Origin: a virus
IMG/VR virus record: IMGVR_UViG_3300043538_000001
Span: 1-42,310 of that record
Length of the DNA: 42,310 nt
Direction: 5' to 3' (one strand)
In this document: positions 14,383 through 22,892 of the stretch, piece after piece
How positions within the stretch are numbered: position 1 is the stretch's first letter
Layout of the letters: each line of letters starts with the position of its first letter
Notes under the pieces: model-generated
What the model was told of the DNA's origin: nothing
Seen by the model: only the letters and a program-made list of their open reading frames with translations
The model's database searches: none
Position numbers and translations under genes: made by a program

Positions 14383-16467
14383 ATGGAAACCGAAACGATC
14401 GATCTTAGAACGACACCGGTCAAGGACGGCGACGTGCTCCCACTTCAGACTCGCGAGTTCCAAGTTACCGAGTTCAAAAAGCTCCAAAAGAAAGCTCGCC
14501 GGCTCAAGGTCGACAAGGTCCTCGCGAACATCGAGCGTCGCAAAAAGAAGGCCGACGCCGGCGACGCAACCGGTCCGGATGACGATCCCGAGGAAACCGA
14601 AGAGGACGATCCCGAGGACGAGGGCGCCGACGAGGATCGGTTCGCGATCTCGATCTCGAGCGAGTTCCCGGTCTCGAGATGGGGCGTTACTGAGATCCTC
14701 GATCACTCGCCTGGATCCGTCGACATGAGTCGCGCGCGGCAAGGGCTCTCATTCCTCGACTCACACGGGACCCGGGACATCGTCGGGATCGTGAACGACG
14801 TCACGCTCGGGAAGGACAAGGTCCTCCGAGGCGTCGTCCAGTTTTCGAGGAACCCGAAAGCGCAAGAAGTAAAGCGCGACGTCGTCGACGGGATCCGGAA
14901 GTTCATTTCGGTCGGCTATAGCGTCGACGAGTACACGCTCGACAAGTCCTCGACGAAAGAGGGCGACACGTATCGGGCGACGAAATGGTGCCCGATGGAA
15001 GCAAGTTCGGTCGCGGTTCCCGCTGATCCATCAGTCGGGCACAACCGAAAAGCGGGGGAGCGCGGATTCCCCGTACACGTTCGCAGCTTAGAACCACCGG
15101 CTCAAAAGGCCGAAACTTCAACGGAGGAAAGACCAATGTTGGAAACGGGCAATGCTCAAGCGGTATCAGATGCTCGCGGCGTCGCTGCCGAGATTATGAA
15201 CCTCGGCAAGCGTCACGGCATCGACCACGAGCGCGTCGCGACGTGGATCAAAGAGGGAACGTCGGTCAACGCCGTTTCCGCTATGGTCCTCGAAGAAGTG
15301 GCAGCGCGCAAAGCGAATCCATCAACAACCGGCGCGGCGTCGGAACGGCGCGACGAAATCGTCCTCAGCGACAAAGAGGACAAGCAGTACAACCTCGGCC
15401 GCGGAATCCTCGCAATGGCGGCGGCGATCAGGCAGGACGGCGAGCTCGGCGAGCCCGAAAATTGTCTCGAGATCGAGATCTCGCGGACGATCGAGAAGAA
15501 CTGGACACGCGAAAAGCACGGCGGTTTGTTCGTGCCGTGGAGCATCAAAACCGTTCAACCCTTGCAAGCGCGCGCGGGTCTCGACTCCGCGACCGCGACG
15601 ACCGGTCTCGAGCTGAAGTTCACCGAACCAGGCGCGTTTATCGACTTCCTGTACAACCGGATGCGCGTCAAGGAACTCGGCGCCGTCACGGTCAGCGGGC
15701 TCCGCGATAACGTCGCCTATCCGAAACAAACCGGCAAGGCGACCGGCTCATGGGTCGGAGAGAATCCCGGCTCGGACGTCGCCGACTCGAATCTGACGCT
15801 CGGTCAGATCGCGAGCTCGCCGAAAACCTATCAGTCTAGCTCGAGCTACTCGCGGCAATTGCTCGCTCAGGCGGTCGTCGATGTCGACAGTCTCGTCCGC
15901 GCGGATCTCGCGCGCGACATGGCGCTCGCTCTCGACCTCGCGGCGATCATGGGCGCGACCGGCGGAAACAATCCCGTCGGGATCATGCATACGAGCGGCG
16001 TCCAGTCGTTCGTCCTGGCCGGCGACTCCGGAAACGGAGCGCAACCGACCTATGACGACATCGTTCATATCATCGAGGACCTCGAGGACGTGAACGCGGA
16101 CCAGCTCGGCGATCCGGGATGGCTCACGACCCCGGGCGTCAAAGCGCTCCTCAAACTGACCGCGCGCCTCGCGAACACGATCGCTCTTCCCGCCTGGGCA
16201 GACAACGACACCGTGTCCGGCTACATGGCGCGGTCATCGAACCAGGTCCCGAAGGTCCAGGTCCGCGGGAGCACGTCCAACAATCACGCTCTCATCCTCG
16301 GCGTTTTCGCGATGATGGTGATCGGAATGTGGGGCTCAGGCTTCGAGCTGATCGTCGATCCTTATCGCCTGAAAAAGCAAGGCATGATCGAGCTCACGAC
16401 GTTCATGCTGACCGACGTCACGCTGAAATATCCGCAAGCGTTCGTCGTCGCAGAGTGCCAGAAGTAA
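14383..16467 (+). CDS. Prohead protease (S78/U35, HK97 type), scaffold-like linker and HK97-fold major capsid protein fused in one 694-aa ORF
   Basis: The N-terminal third has FLDSHGTRDIVGIV (catalytic His context) and KFISVGYSV (Ser context). The C-terminal ~360 aa (..LKFTEPGAFIDFLYNRMRVKELGA...LIVDPYRLKKQGMIELTTFMLTDV..) matches the Phage_capsid/HK97 family pattern. Confidence 0.8.
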   Translation: METETIDLRTTPVKDGDVLPLQTREFQVTEFKKLQKKARRLKVDKVLANIERRKKKADAGDATGPDDDPEETEEDDPEDEGADEDRFAISISSEFPVSRWGVTEILDHSPGSVDMSRARQGLSFLDSHGTRDIVGIVNDVTLGKDKVLRGVVQFSRNPKAQEVKRDVVDGIRKFISVGYSVDEYTLDKSSTKEGDTYRATKWCPMEASSVAVPADPSVGHNRKAGERGFPVHVRSLEPPAQKAETSTEERPMLETGNAQAVSDARGVAAEIMNLGKRHGIDHERVATWIKEGTSVNAVSAMVLEEVAARKANPSTTGAASERRDEIVLSDKEDKQYNLGRGILAMAAAIRQDGELGEPENCLEIEISRTIEKNWTREKHGGLFVPWSIKTVQPLQARAGLDSATATTGLELKFTEPGAFIDFLYNRMRVKELGAVTVSGLRDNVAYPKQTGKATGSWVGENPGSDVADSNLTLGQIASSPKTYQSSSSYSRQLLAQAVVDVDSLVRADLARDMALALDLAAIMGATGGNNPVGIMHTSGVQSFVLAGDSGNGAQPTYDDIVHIIEDLEDVNADQLGDPGWLTTPGVKALLKLTARLANTIALPAWADNDTVSGYMARSSNQVPKVQVRGSTSNNHALILGVFAMMVIGMWGSGFELIVDPYRLKKQGMIELTTFMLTDVTLKYPQAFVVAECQK

Positions 16468-16584
16468 ACGCTCGCGCGCTGAGGGGTCAGCGTGAACAAT
16501 CGATCGACGGCCGCGGGAACTTTTGGATTCCCTTCCTACCGCGGCCGCGGTCGCACACTTTTGTTAGAACACGGAGGTTTTTCG

Positions 16585-16848
16585 ATGGCGGTCAAAGTCA
16601 AGACGGTACGAGTCGAACTTTTGAAACACGTCCTGATCGATGGACGACATACTCCGAAGGGTTCGAAGATCTCGCTCCCTCGGGGACAAGCGGTCGAGTT
16701 TGTGAGTTGCGGGCAAGCTAAATTCCTGGATGATGCCGACGCGGACACGGGCGGCGGCGTTCGCATCGATGAGGCACACAGCGCGGATCCCGTCGTCGAA
16801 CACAACGATCCGATCGCCTCGCGACGCACCAAGGGCGGCAAAGAGTAA
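16585..16848 (+). CDS. Hypothetical head-associated protein (87 aa)
   Basis: ATG 16585 lies 7 nt after GGAGG (16573-16577). Trimmed from ORF 16492..16848. It sits directly after the capsid gene. Confidence 0.6.
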   Translation: MAVKVKTVRVELLKHVLIDGRHTPKGSKISLPRGQAVEFVSCGQAKFLDDADADTGGGVRIDEAHSADPVVEHNDPIASRRTKGGKE

Positions 16849-16851
16849 AGC

Positions 16852-17454
16852 ATGACGATCACGTTTCGAGATGGGGACATCGACGCCATTTACCGCGATC
16901 TCGCGGCGATGGGCGGCGCCGTCCCCATTTCGATCAACGGGGTCGCCGGGACGGGGATCGTCGATGAGAACGACCAGGTCGTCATCGTGAACGCCGGCCG
17001 CGGCGAGGTCGTCGGCGGGGTTCATACGGTCACGATTCAAACCTCGAAGTTCCCGGGGGTCCGCGAGGGGATGCAAATCATCGTCGACGGGATCACGGCG
17101 TCCGTTCGGCAAAAGCTCAAAGAAGGCGACGCGGGTCTGACAAAGATCCTCATCGGCGACTCCTCGGGGATCACAATCGAACCCCCGGATGCGGGAAACA
17201 ATTCAGTCGTGAAACCTACCGGCGACATTCTTCTCTTGCCTTTCCAGAACGTCATTTTGTGTACCGGGACGCTCACCGTCACGTTGCCGATCGTGCCGTC
17301 TCAGACGACGATCTATCACATCAATCACACGGGATCCGGCGTCGCGACCGTCGTTCCATCGTCGGGTTTGATCGATGGCCAAGGCACGTTCCCGTTGAGC
17401 GGCGTCGATAGCATCGACCTAATTTTCGACGGCACGAATTGGAGAATCCTTTGA
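16852..17454 (+). CDS. Head-tail joining protein (FII / Gifsy-2-like N-terminal domain) with a ~90-aa C-terminal extra domain
   Basis: The N-terminus ITFRDGDIDAIY...INGVAGTGIVDE...AGRGEVVGGVHTVTIQTSKFPGVREGMQIIVDG...GDAGLTKILI follows the pattern of phage head-tail attachment proteins. The C-terminus ends ...DLIFDGTNWRIL. Confidence 0.5.
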   Translation: MTITFRDGDIDAIYRDLAAMGGAVPISINGVAGTGIVDENDQVVIVNAGRGEVVGGVHTVTIQTSKFPGVREGMQIIVDGITASVRQKLKEGDAGLTKILIGDSSGITIEPPDAGNNSVVKPTGDILLLPFQNVILCTGTLTVTLPIVPSQTTIYHINHTGSGVATVVPSSGLIDGQGTFPLSGVDSIDLIFDGTNWRIL

Positions 17455-19394
17455 CGTTTCTACCCGAGACGCAATACGACGAGGGCGACGATCTCGGCGC
17501 AACACCGACAGGCGAGCTCGTCCTAGGCCGCGATCCGACCGGCAAGGCGGCTCCGTTCCAGCTCGACAACACCGGCGCGGTCAAAGTCACGGGCGGCGGC
17601 GGCGGATCTAGCGCGACGGCCGCAAAGCAAGACACCGGAAACGCTTCGCTCGCATCGATCGACGGCAAGCTCGCGAACCCGATGCCAGTGTCGGGTCCAC
17701 TCACCGACACGCAACTCCGCGCGACGCCGATTCCGGTCGCTGGTCCGGTTACGGATGCGCAACTCCGCGCGAGCGCTGTACCCGTGTCCGCGGCCGCTTT
17801 GCCGCTTCCCGCGGGCGCGGCGACTGAGGCAACTCTAAGTGCCGTCGGCGCGGCCGTAAGCGCGCTAACTCATCCGTCCGACACTCAACTCGTGAGCGCG
17901 GCGGCTCTCCCGCTTCCGACGGGAGCTTCGACTGAGGCGACACTCGCCGCGATTAAAGCAAAAACCGACAACCTGGACGTTGCGCTCTCGACGCGGACAA
18001 AACCCGCGGATACGCAGCCAATCTCGGCGGCATCTCTACCGCTCCCGACAGGCGCCGCGACGTCATCGGCGCAAACTACAGCGCAAACTTCGCTTGGCAA
18101 CATCGACACCGGCATTGGAACGGACGGGGCGACGCCACCTTCGATCCCGGGCACAGGAGTGCGTGGCTGGATGCGAGCGCTCTACGACAAGATCGTTCTG
18201 CTGGTGGCAGTGTTCCCGGCGACCCTGGACACCAACTCAGGCAATAAGAGCGCTTCGACTCTCCGCATAGTTTTTGCAACGGATCAGCCGACGAACACGA
18301 ACAAGTGGGCGGTCACGTCAACGTCGGACGGGTCCGCTCACGGCACCTCTGATCTGGCGGCGGATGATGTCATAAAGTGGGCGGGCACAACGATCTCCGT
18401 TCCAGTTGCGACGGCTCCCGATGGGACGCAGACTTCCCCGGTTATCCGCAACCTGAACCGCAAAGGGACGACGATCGAGACGACGACGCCTCTCGCGGCG
18501 AACGCTCTATTCACCGGAGCTTGGCATGACACGAACCTGACCGGCGACAACTACGTCACCGCCTTTGCGTTCTCAGATAAGATCGGCGCAACCTACACGA
18601 TCGAAGAGTCCGACGACAATACGGACGCAAACTTCACTCGCGTAACTGCTTCCTGGAACGGTGCTCTGCCAGCCAACACGCTGGGGTACATGATCGGGGT
18701 TGTTCGTGCTCGGTTCTGGAGAGTTAAGTTCACGAACGGTGCAACGCTTCAGACTACTTTCAAGCTGACCGCGTGCGCGTCCTCCGTCGCACCGGACACC
18801 ATCATCACGAACAATACGTCCGGGTCGAATAGTTTCCAGTCGAAGGTAGTTCAAATTGTGCAGCCGGGCGGAGCCGGAGGGGGTTCGGATAATCTCGCGC
18901 TGTTCATGACTTGGCAAGCTCAGAACGGAGCGAGTCAAGGGCCTCAAGACGTACTTACCCGCGTTCACGGTGGGAAGTGGAGCGGAACGGCGGCTGGCAC
19001 GAAGTCGGGCGCGTCGATGGCTCGTACTCCGACACAGTTCAAGCAAGCCACCGCTACCGCGTCCGGTGACACGGCTGTCTGGACGCCCCTCACTGGCAAC
19101 AAGTTCCGACTTCTGAAATTCAAACTTCAGTTGACGGCGGACGCGATCCAGGCGTCGGGCGGGCGAATTACGATTCTTCTCCGCGATGCGACGACGGACA
19201 TCGGCGTCGGTCACGTTGTCTATGTGCCGGCGGCAGGAGCGACGGCGCTCAATGCGGGCTGGCAGTCGGAGTGGATCGACCTCGGTCAGTTCGGCTACCT
19301 ATCGACGGCCGCGAACGCGGTTCTCAACGTCAACCTAAGCGCAGCGCTCACGGCCGGCGTTTGCAATGTGATCGCAGCGGGAACGGAGGAATAA
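17439..19394 (+). CDS. Large virion appendage-like protein (about 650 aa) with N-terminal repeat motifs and beta-rich C-terminal domains
   Basis: The track ORF starts at TTG 17439. TTG 17451 (TTGA overlap, GGAGAA 4 nt upstream) is the more likely start. It carries the repeated motifs PvxGPxTDxQLRA and AAxLPLPxGAxTEATL. The C-terminal half has atypical codon usage. Confidence 0.7.
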   Translation: MENPLTFLPETQYDEGDDLGATPTGELVLGRDPTGKAAPFQLDNTGAVKVTGGGGGSSATAAKQDTGNASLASIDGKLANPMPVSGPLTDTQLRATPIPVAGPVTDAQLRASAVPVSAAALPLPAGAATEATLSAVGAAVSALTHPSDTQLVSAAALPLPTGASTEATLAAIKAKTDNLDVALSTRTKPADTQPISAASLPLPTGAATSSAQTTAQTSLGNIDTGIGTDGATPPSIPGTGVRGWMRALYDKIVLLVAVFPATLDTNSGNKSASTLRIVFATDQPTNTNKWAVTSTSDGSAHGTSDLAADDVIKWAGTTISVPVATAPDGTQTSPVIRNLNRKGTTIETTTPLAANALFTGAWHDTNLTGDNYVTAFAFSDKIGATYTIEESDDNTDANFTRVTASWNGALPANTLGYMIGVVRARFWRVKFTNGATLQTTFKLTACASSVAPDTIITNNTSGSNSFQSKVVQIVQPGGAGGGSDNLALFMTWQAQNGASQGPQDVLTRVHGGKWSGTAAGTKSGASMARTPTQFKQATATASGDTAVWTPLTGNKFRLLKFKLQLTADAIQASGGRITILLRDATTDIGVGHVVYVPAAGATALNAGWQSEWIDLGQFGYLSTAANAVLNVNLSAALTAGVCNVIAAGTEE

Positions 19395-19628
19395 ATGGCG
19401 GCGACGCACACGTACATCGTAACCAGCAACACCGCTCAAGGCGACAAGGCGACGCTCGTCGGCACGGTCGACGGCGTCGCCGTCACGGTCGAGTATTGGG
19501 TGAGTCATGTCCAGGGGATGACGTTGGCCCAGGCGAAGAACTTCGCCGCTGGTCTCATGCTCGCCGCGGCATTTCCGGCCGCGCCGGTCAACGTTACGCA
19601 GCTCCCGACGGGCACGTTCACGCAGTAA
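19395..19628 (+). CDS. Hypothetical protein (77 aa)
   Basis: The ATG lies directly after the upstream TAA, with GGAGGA upstream. Confidence 0.55.
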   Translation: MAATHTYIVTSNTAQGDKATLVGTVDGVAVTVEYWVSHVQGMTLAQAKNFAAGLMLAAAFPAAPVNVTQLPTGTFTQ

Positions 19629-19669
19629 ACAGTTTGTTTAAAAATCTCGAATCAATGGAGAGTGACACA

Positions 19670-20101
19670 GTGAGCAAAACGACCGGAATTCTCGGACTCA
19701 GCAAGCCGCTTTACGGAACGGAACCTCAGATCGCGGCCGACCTCGACTTGCTCGATGCGGTCCTCACCGCGCCGAGAAGCGTGACCAACTACGCCGCGAA
19801 CGGCGCGATCACTCAGAAAGACGGGACCGTCACGATCTCGAAAGCATCCGCGGCCGCGATGACGCTTGCGGACCCGACGGCCGGGACGCAAGTCGGCGGC
19901 GTCGGCGACGATGGGAAGATCCTCAGAATCGTCTCAAAGACGGCTTTCGCGCACGTCATCACGATCACGGGCGGGCTCCAGGGCGGCGCGCTCAATACGT
20001 CGACGTTTGCGGCCGCGGTCGGGTCGACGCTCGAGCTCGAGGCGATCGCCGGCAAATGGTATACACGGCCGTCGGTCGGATCGACGCTCTCGACGGTCTA
20101 G
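19670..20101 (+). CDS. Small fibre-like protein (143 aa), paralogous at its N-terminus to 20222..20773
   Basis: GTG 19670 lies 7 nt after GGAGAG; ATG 19655 is an alternative start without an SD. The N-terminus SKTTGILGLSKPLYGTEPQIAADLDLLDAV parallels SNKTANLGIRKPLFGTDPILAAALDQLDAA in the next gene. Confidence 0.6.
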   Translation: MSKTTGILGLSKPLYGTEPQIAADLDLLDAVLTAPRSVTNYAANGAITQKDGTVTISKASAAAMTLADPTAGTQVGGVGDDGKILRIVSKTAFAHVITITGGLQGGALNTSTFAAAVGSTLELEAIAGKWYTRPSVGSTLSTV

Positions 20102-20221
20102 GATCCGGCAAAGGAAGTTCCGAGGGCGGGCCGGCCGCGTCGGGGACCCCGGGGGAGTGCAAACTCCCGGGAACGAGCGCTCGACCGACTCGCTCTCGGA
20201 GCAAATCGAAAGGGAAGACTG

Positions 20222-20773
20222 ATGTCCAACAAAACGGCAAATCTCGGCATCAGGAAACCGCTCTTCGGGACGGATCCGATTCTCGCGGCCGCTCTCGATC
20301 AGCTCGACGCGGCGATCCCCGGCTTCGCGACCAAGAGTCTCCACGACACGCAACTCGCGAACCTGGCCGCGGACGGTTCCGGCGGGACGCAGCTTATTCC
20401 CGGCGTCGCCGGCAAGATCATTCTCCCGACCGACGTGATGGCTCGCTGGACCTATGGCGGCGTCGCGGTTTTTGCTGGGACCGCTTTCGGCGATCTCTCG
20501 ATCAACCCGTCGATCGGCGTCGGCGGCTATCCCGAGACGATTCTCGTCTCGTCGAGCAAAGCGGTTCTCGATCAAACGGCCCAAAGATGGATCAGGTTTA
20601 GCTCTTACGGGGCGTCGGTTCTGACCGCTTTCGATTCCGGCGCCGGCGGCGACCTTTTCCTCTGTCTAAACGCTCCCGATCTGACAGGCGGCGACGTGGC
20701 GGGCAACACGAACGAGCTCAAGTTCTACATTCGCTATTTGTTGTTCGACATCGCTACGGGACTCTACTCCTAA
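20222..20773 (+). CDS. Small fibre-like protein (183 aa), paralogous at its N-terminus to 19670..20101
   Basis: ATG start. It shares the N-terminal LG(L/I)xKPL(Y/F)GT(E/D)P...LDxLDA motif often seen at the start of phage fibre proteins. Confidence 0.65.
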   Translation: MSNKTANLGIRKPLFGTDPILAAALDQLDAAIPGFATKSLHDTQLANLAADGSGGTQLIPGVAGKIILPTDVMARWTYGGVAVFAGTAFGDLSINPSIGVGGYPETILVSSSKAVLDQTAQRWIRFSSYGASVLTAFDSGAGGDLFLCLNAPDLTGGDVAGNTNELKFYIRYLLFDIATGLYS

Positions 20774-21246
20774 TGGCATCGATCAGAGAACAGATCCTCG
20801 ACCAGATCGTCGCGAACTTCGCGGCCGTCGGCGCGCCTGTAGGTCTCACCGTTCACCGGATGCGGACCAGGCCGATCGAGGAAGACTCTCTACCGGCGAT
20901 CCTGGTTTACACCGAGGACGACGAGCCGAAAGCGCTCGGGGCTCAAGTGTTCAAGTCGCCGCTCGTCGAACGCAGGCTCGTCGTGTACATCGAATATCGC
21001 GCGCTCGCTTCTCTCACCCTGGCGCCGGACCAGGCGCTCGATCCCCTGATCGTTTGGGGAACGAAGCAAATGGTCACGAACGAAAAGTTTGTTTCGAATG
21101 CGTACCCCGACGGGCTCGGAATGGGCGTCGTCGAACTAAAAACCGCGTGGCTCTCGAAAGAGGGCGACAAGATGTTCGCGGCCGCATCGACTCAATGGTT
21201 AGTGCATTACCGGACGAGTCGCCTCGATCCGACCTCGAGAACATAG
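20773..21246 (+). CDS. Tail terminator / tail completion protein (DUF3168-like)
   Basis: TAATG overlap with the upstream gene. It lies immediately upstream of the tail tube gene. The N-terminus IREQILDQIVANFAAVGAP...LPAILVYTEDDE follows the tail-completion family pattern. Confidence 0.5.
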   Translation: MASIREQILDQIVANFAAVGAPVGLTVHRMRTRPIEEDSLPAILVYTEDDEPKALGAQVFKSPLVERRLVVYIEYRALASLTLAPDQALDPLIVWGTKQMVTNEKFVSNAYPDGLGMGVVELKTAWLSKEGDKMFAAASTQWLVHYRTSRLDPTSRT

Positions 21247-21255
21247 GAGAGTTTT

Positions 21256-22050
21256 ATGCCTGGAATTCAGTACCCACTAGCACACGTCCCGATGCTCGGA
21301 AAAGGGTCGATCTTGTTCGATCGGTTCGACGCTTCCGGCGGGCTCACCGGCTATCAGCCATTCGGCAATTGCACGAAGCTCGAGCTCGTCGACAAAGACG
21401 AACGCGCCGAGCTCTTCCAGTCGCTCAATAAGTCCGCTTCGCTGATCGCGAACGCGCTCAAGAAACGGACGCTCACCCTCGCGATCACCGGGACCGACTT
21501 CCGGGCCGACCAGATGGCGATCGTCGCGATGTCGGCCGGGAAAACAACGCTCACGACCGCGGTCGCGACCGTGACGGCCGAGGTCCTCGCGCGCGCAGGC
21601 GTGAAGAAAGGCGGGAAGTATTTCGCGGCTCTTAATCGGAACATCGATCCGACCGGGACCGCTCCCGTCTTGACGAACAACGCGGTAACCCTCCTCACGG
21701 GGACCGACTATGTCCTGGTCGATGCGGTCGAGGGCTTGTTCTATTTCCCCTCGACGACGACCGCGGATGATGCTCACACCGTCACGGTTACGTATCACAC
21801 GCTCGTCGGATCTCAGGACCAGGTCGCCGCGGCGGTCGATCCTCAGATCTCCGGTCGACTCCGGTTTGTCCCGGATCCGGCCGACGGTCAGAAGATCGGA
21901 CTCGAGGCGTGGCGCGTGAACCTCTACCCGAGCGGTCAGATCGGACTCATCGTCGACGATTACGCGAACTGGACGCTCGAGGGAGCAATCCTCGATGACA
22001 CGTCGAACCATCCGTCGGCGCCGTACTACTTGCAAACGTTCTACAGTTAA
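21256..22050 (+). CDS. Major tail (tube) protein
   Basis: 264 aa with a strong SD (AGGAGAG). It sits between the terminator-like gene and the G/GT chaperones. Composition is Thr/Val/Ala-rich and beta-type. Confidence 0.6.
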   Translation: MPGIQYPLAHVPMLGKGSILFDRFDASGGLTGYQPFGNCTKLELVDKDERAELFQSLNKSASLIANALKKRTLTLAITGTDFRADQMAIVAMSAGKTTLTTAVATVTAEVLARAGVKKGGKYFAALNRNIDPTGTAPVLTNNAVTLLTGTDYVLVDAVEGLFYFPSTTTADDAHTVTVTYHTLVGSQDQVAAAVDPQISGRLRFVPDPADGQKIGLEAWRVNLYPSGQIGLIVDDYANWTLEGAILDDTSNHPSAPYYLQTFYS

Positions 22051-22197
22051 AAGCGACTCGTCGTTTCCTCATCGGCGAGGGAAAGGGAAGTCGCAAGGAC
22101 GTCAGAGCTCGGGAAGTCGGGGCGCCTCGGAAGGGCGTCCCGATCCGAAAGCGCGAGGACCTCGCAAGTCGAGGGAAATCGAACCAGGGGGGAAAAG

Positions 22198-22665
22198 ATG
22201 AAACTCATCACGCTCGACGGCCGGCAATTCCAAGAGATCGACCAGGCTCTCACGGCGTCGCAAAACGATTACATTCAGGGACATCTCGCGCTCGCCGGCG
22301 TGACCGATCTCCTGGTCGAAGCTCACACAAAACAGAACGAGGATGCCGTCGGCAACATGCGACGCGAGTTCATAACGCGGGTCCTCGTCTCAGGCGAGAA
22401 GGCCGCGATCGTCGCCGGCTGCTTGACCGAAGTCGGCACGAAATGGACGCGCGCCTCGGCCGAGAAGAATCGCGAACGCTTCGACCAGATCACCGACCCC
22501 GCGGAACTTGGGACGATGACGACCGAACTCGCGAGGCTCGTGATCGCTTTTTTTCAGTTCGGGGGGACATCGTCGACGACTTCCCCGAAATCTTCGAACC
22601 CGAACGACGCGGTCCCCGCTACCGAGAACGCGGCGCTCGAGAGCTCGGCGAGTTCGCCGCGGTAA
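22198..22665 (+). CDS. Tail assembly chaperone (gpG analogue)
   Basis: 155-aa ORF directly upstream of the tape measure gene. It contains the T TTT TTT slippery site, and an overlapping -1 ORF extends to the tape measure start. Confidence 0.8.
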   Translation: MKLITLDGRQFQEIDQALTASQNDYIQGHLALAGVTDLLVEAHTKQNEDAVGNMRREFITRVLVSGEKAAIVAGCLTEVGTKWTRASAEKNRERFDQITDPAELGTMTTELARLVIAFFQFGGTSSTTSPKSSNPNDAVPATENAALESSASSPR

Positions 22666-22889
22666 TTCGCGAAATGTCGGATCACGATCCGACGCGAATC
22701 GATGACGTGATGGACTACGCGCTCCGAGATCTTTTCCTCGCTTACGTCGAGCGAATGAAGAAAGCGGCGCGAATCGCTTACGACGTGGATCTTTTGATCT
22801 GGGCAGTTCTCGCGGCCGCGGGATCGAAGGCAAGGAAACCCGATCCGCCGGCCGTTCTTAAAGCTCCGAAAATTGTGATCGGCGGGTGA
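22198..22889 (+). CDS. Tail assembly chaperone frameshift product (gpGT analogue; -1 shift at 22548-22554)
   Basis: After ...LVIAFF the -1 frame reads SVRGDIVDDFPEIFEP... (ORF 22443..22889) and stops 3 nt before the tape measure GTG 22893. The predicted fusion is about 230 aa. Confidence 0.75.
22548..22554 (+). promoter_or_regulatory. Programmed -1 ribosomal frameshift slippery heptamer T_TTT_TTT
   Basis: In the zero frame the sequence reads GCT TTT TTT CAG, so an X_XXY_YYZ heptamer sits at 22548-22554. Its position matches the conserved G/GT arrangement of long-tailed phages. Confidence 0.75.
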
Positions 22890-22892
22890 CGA

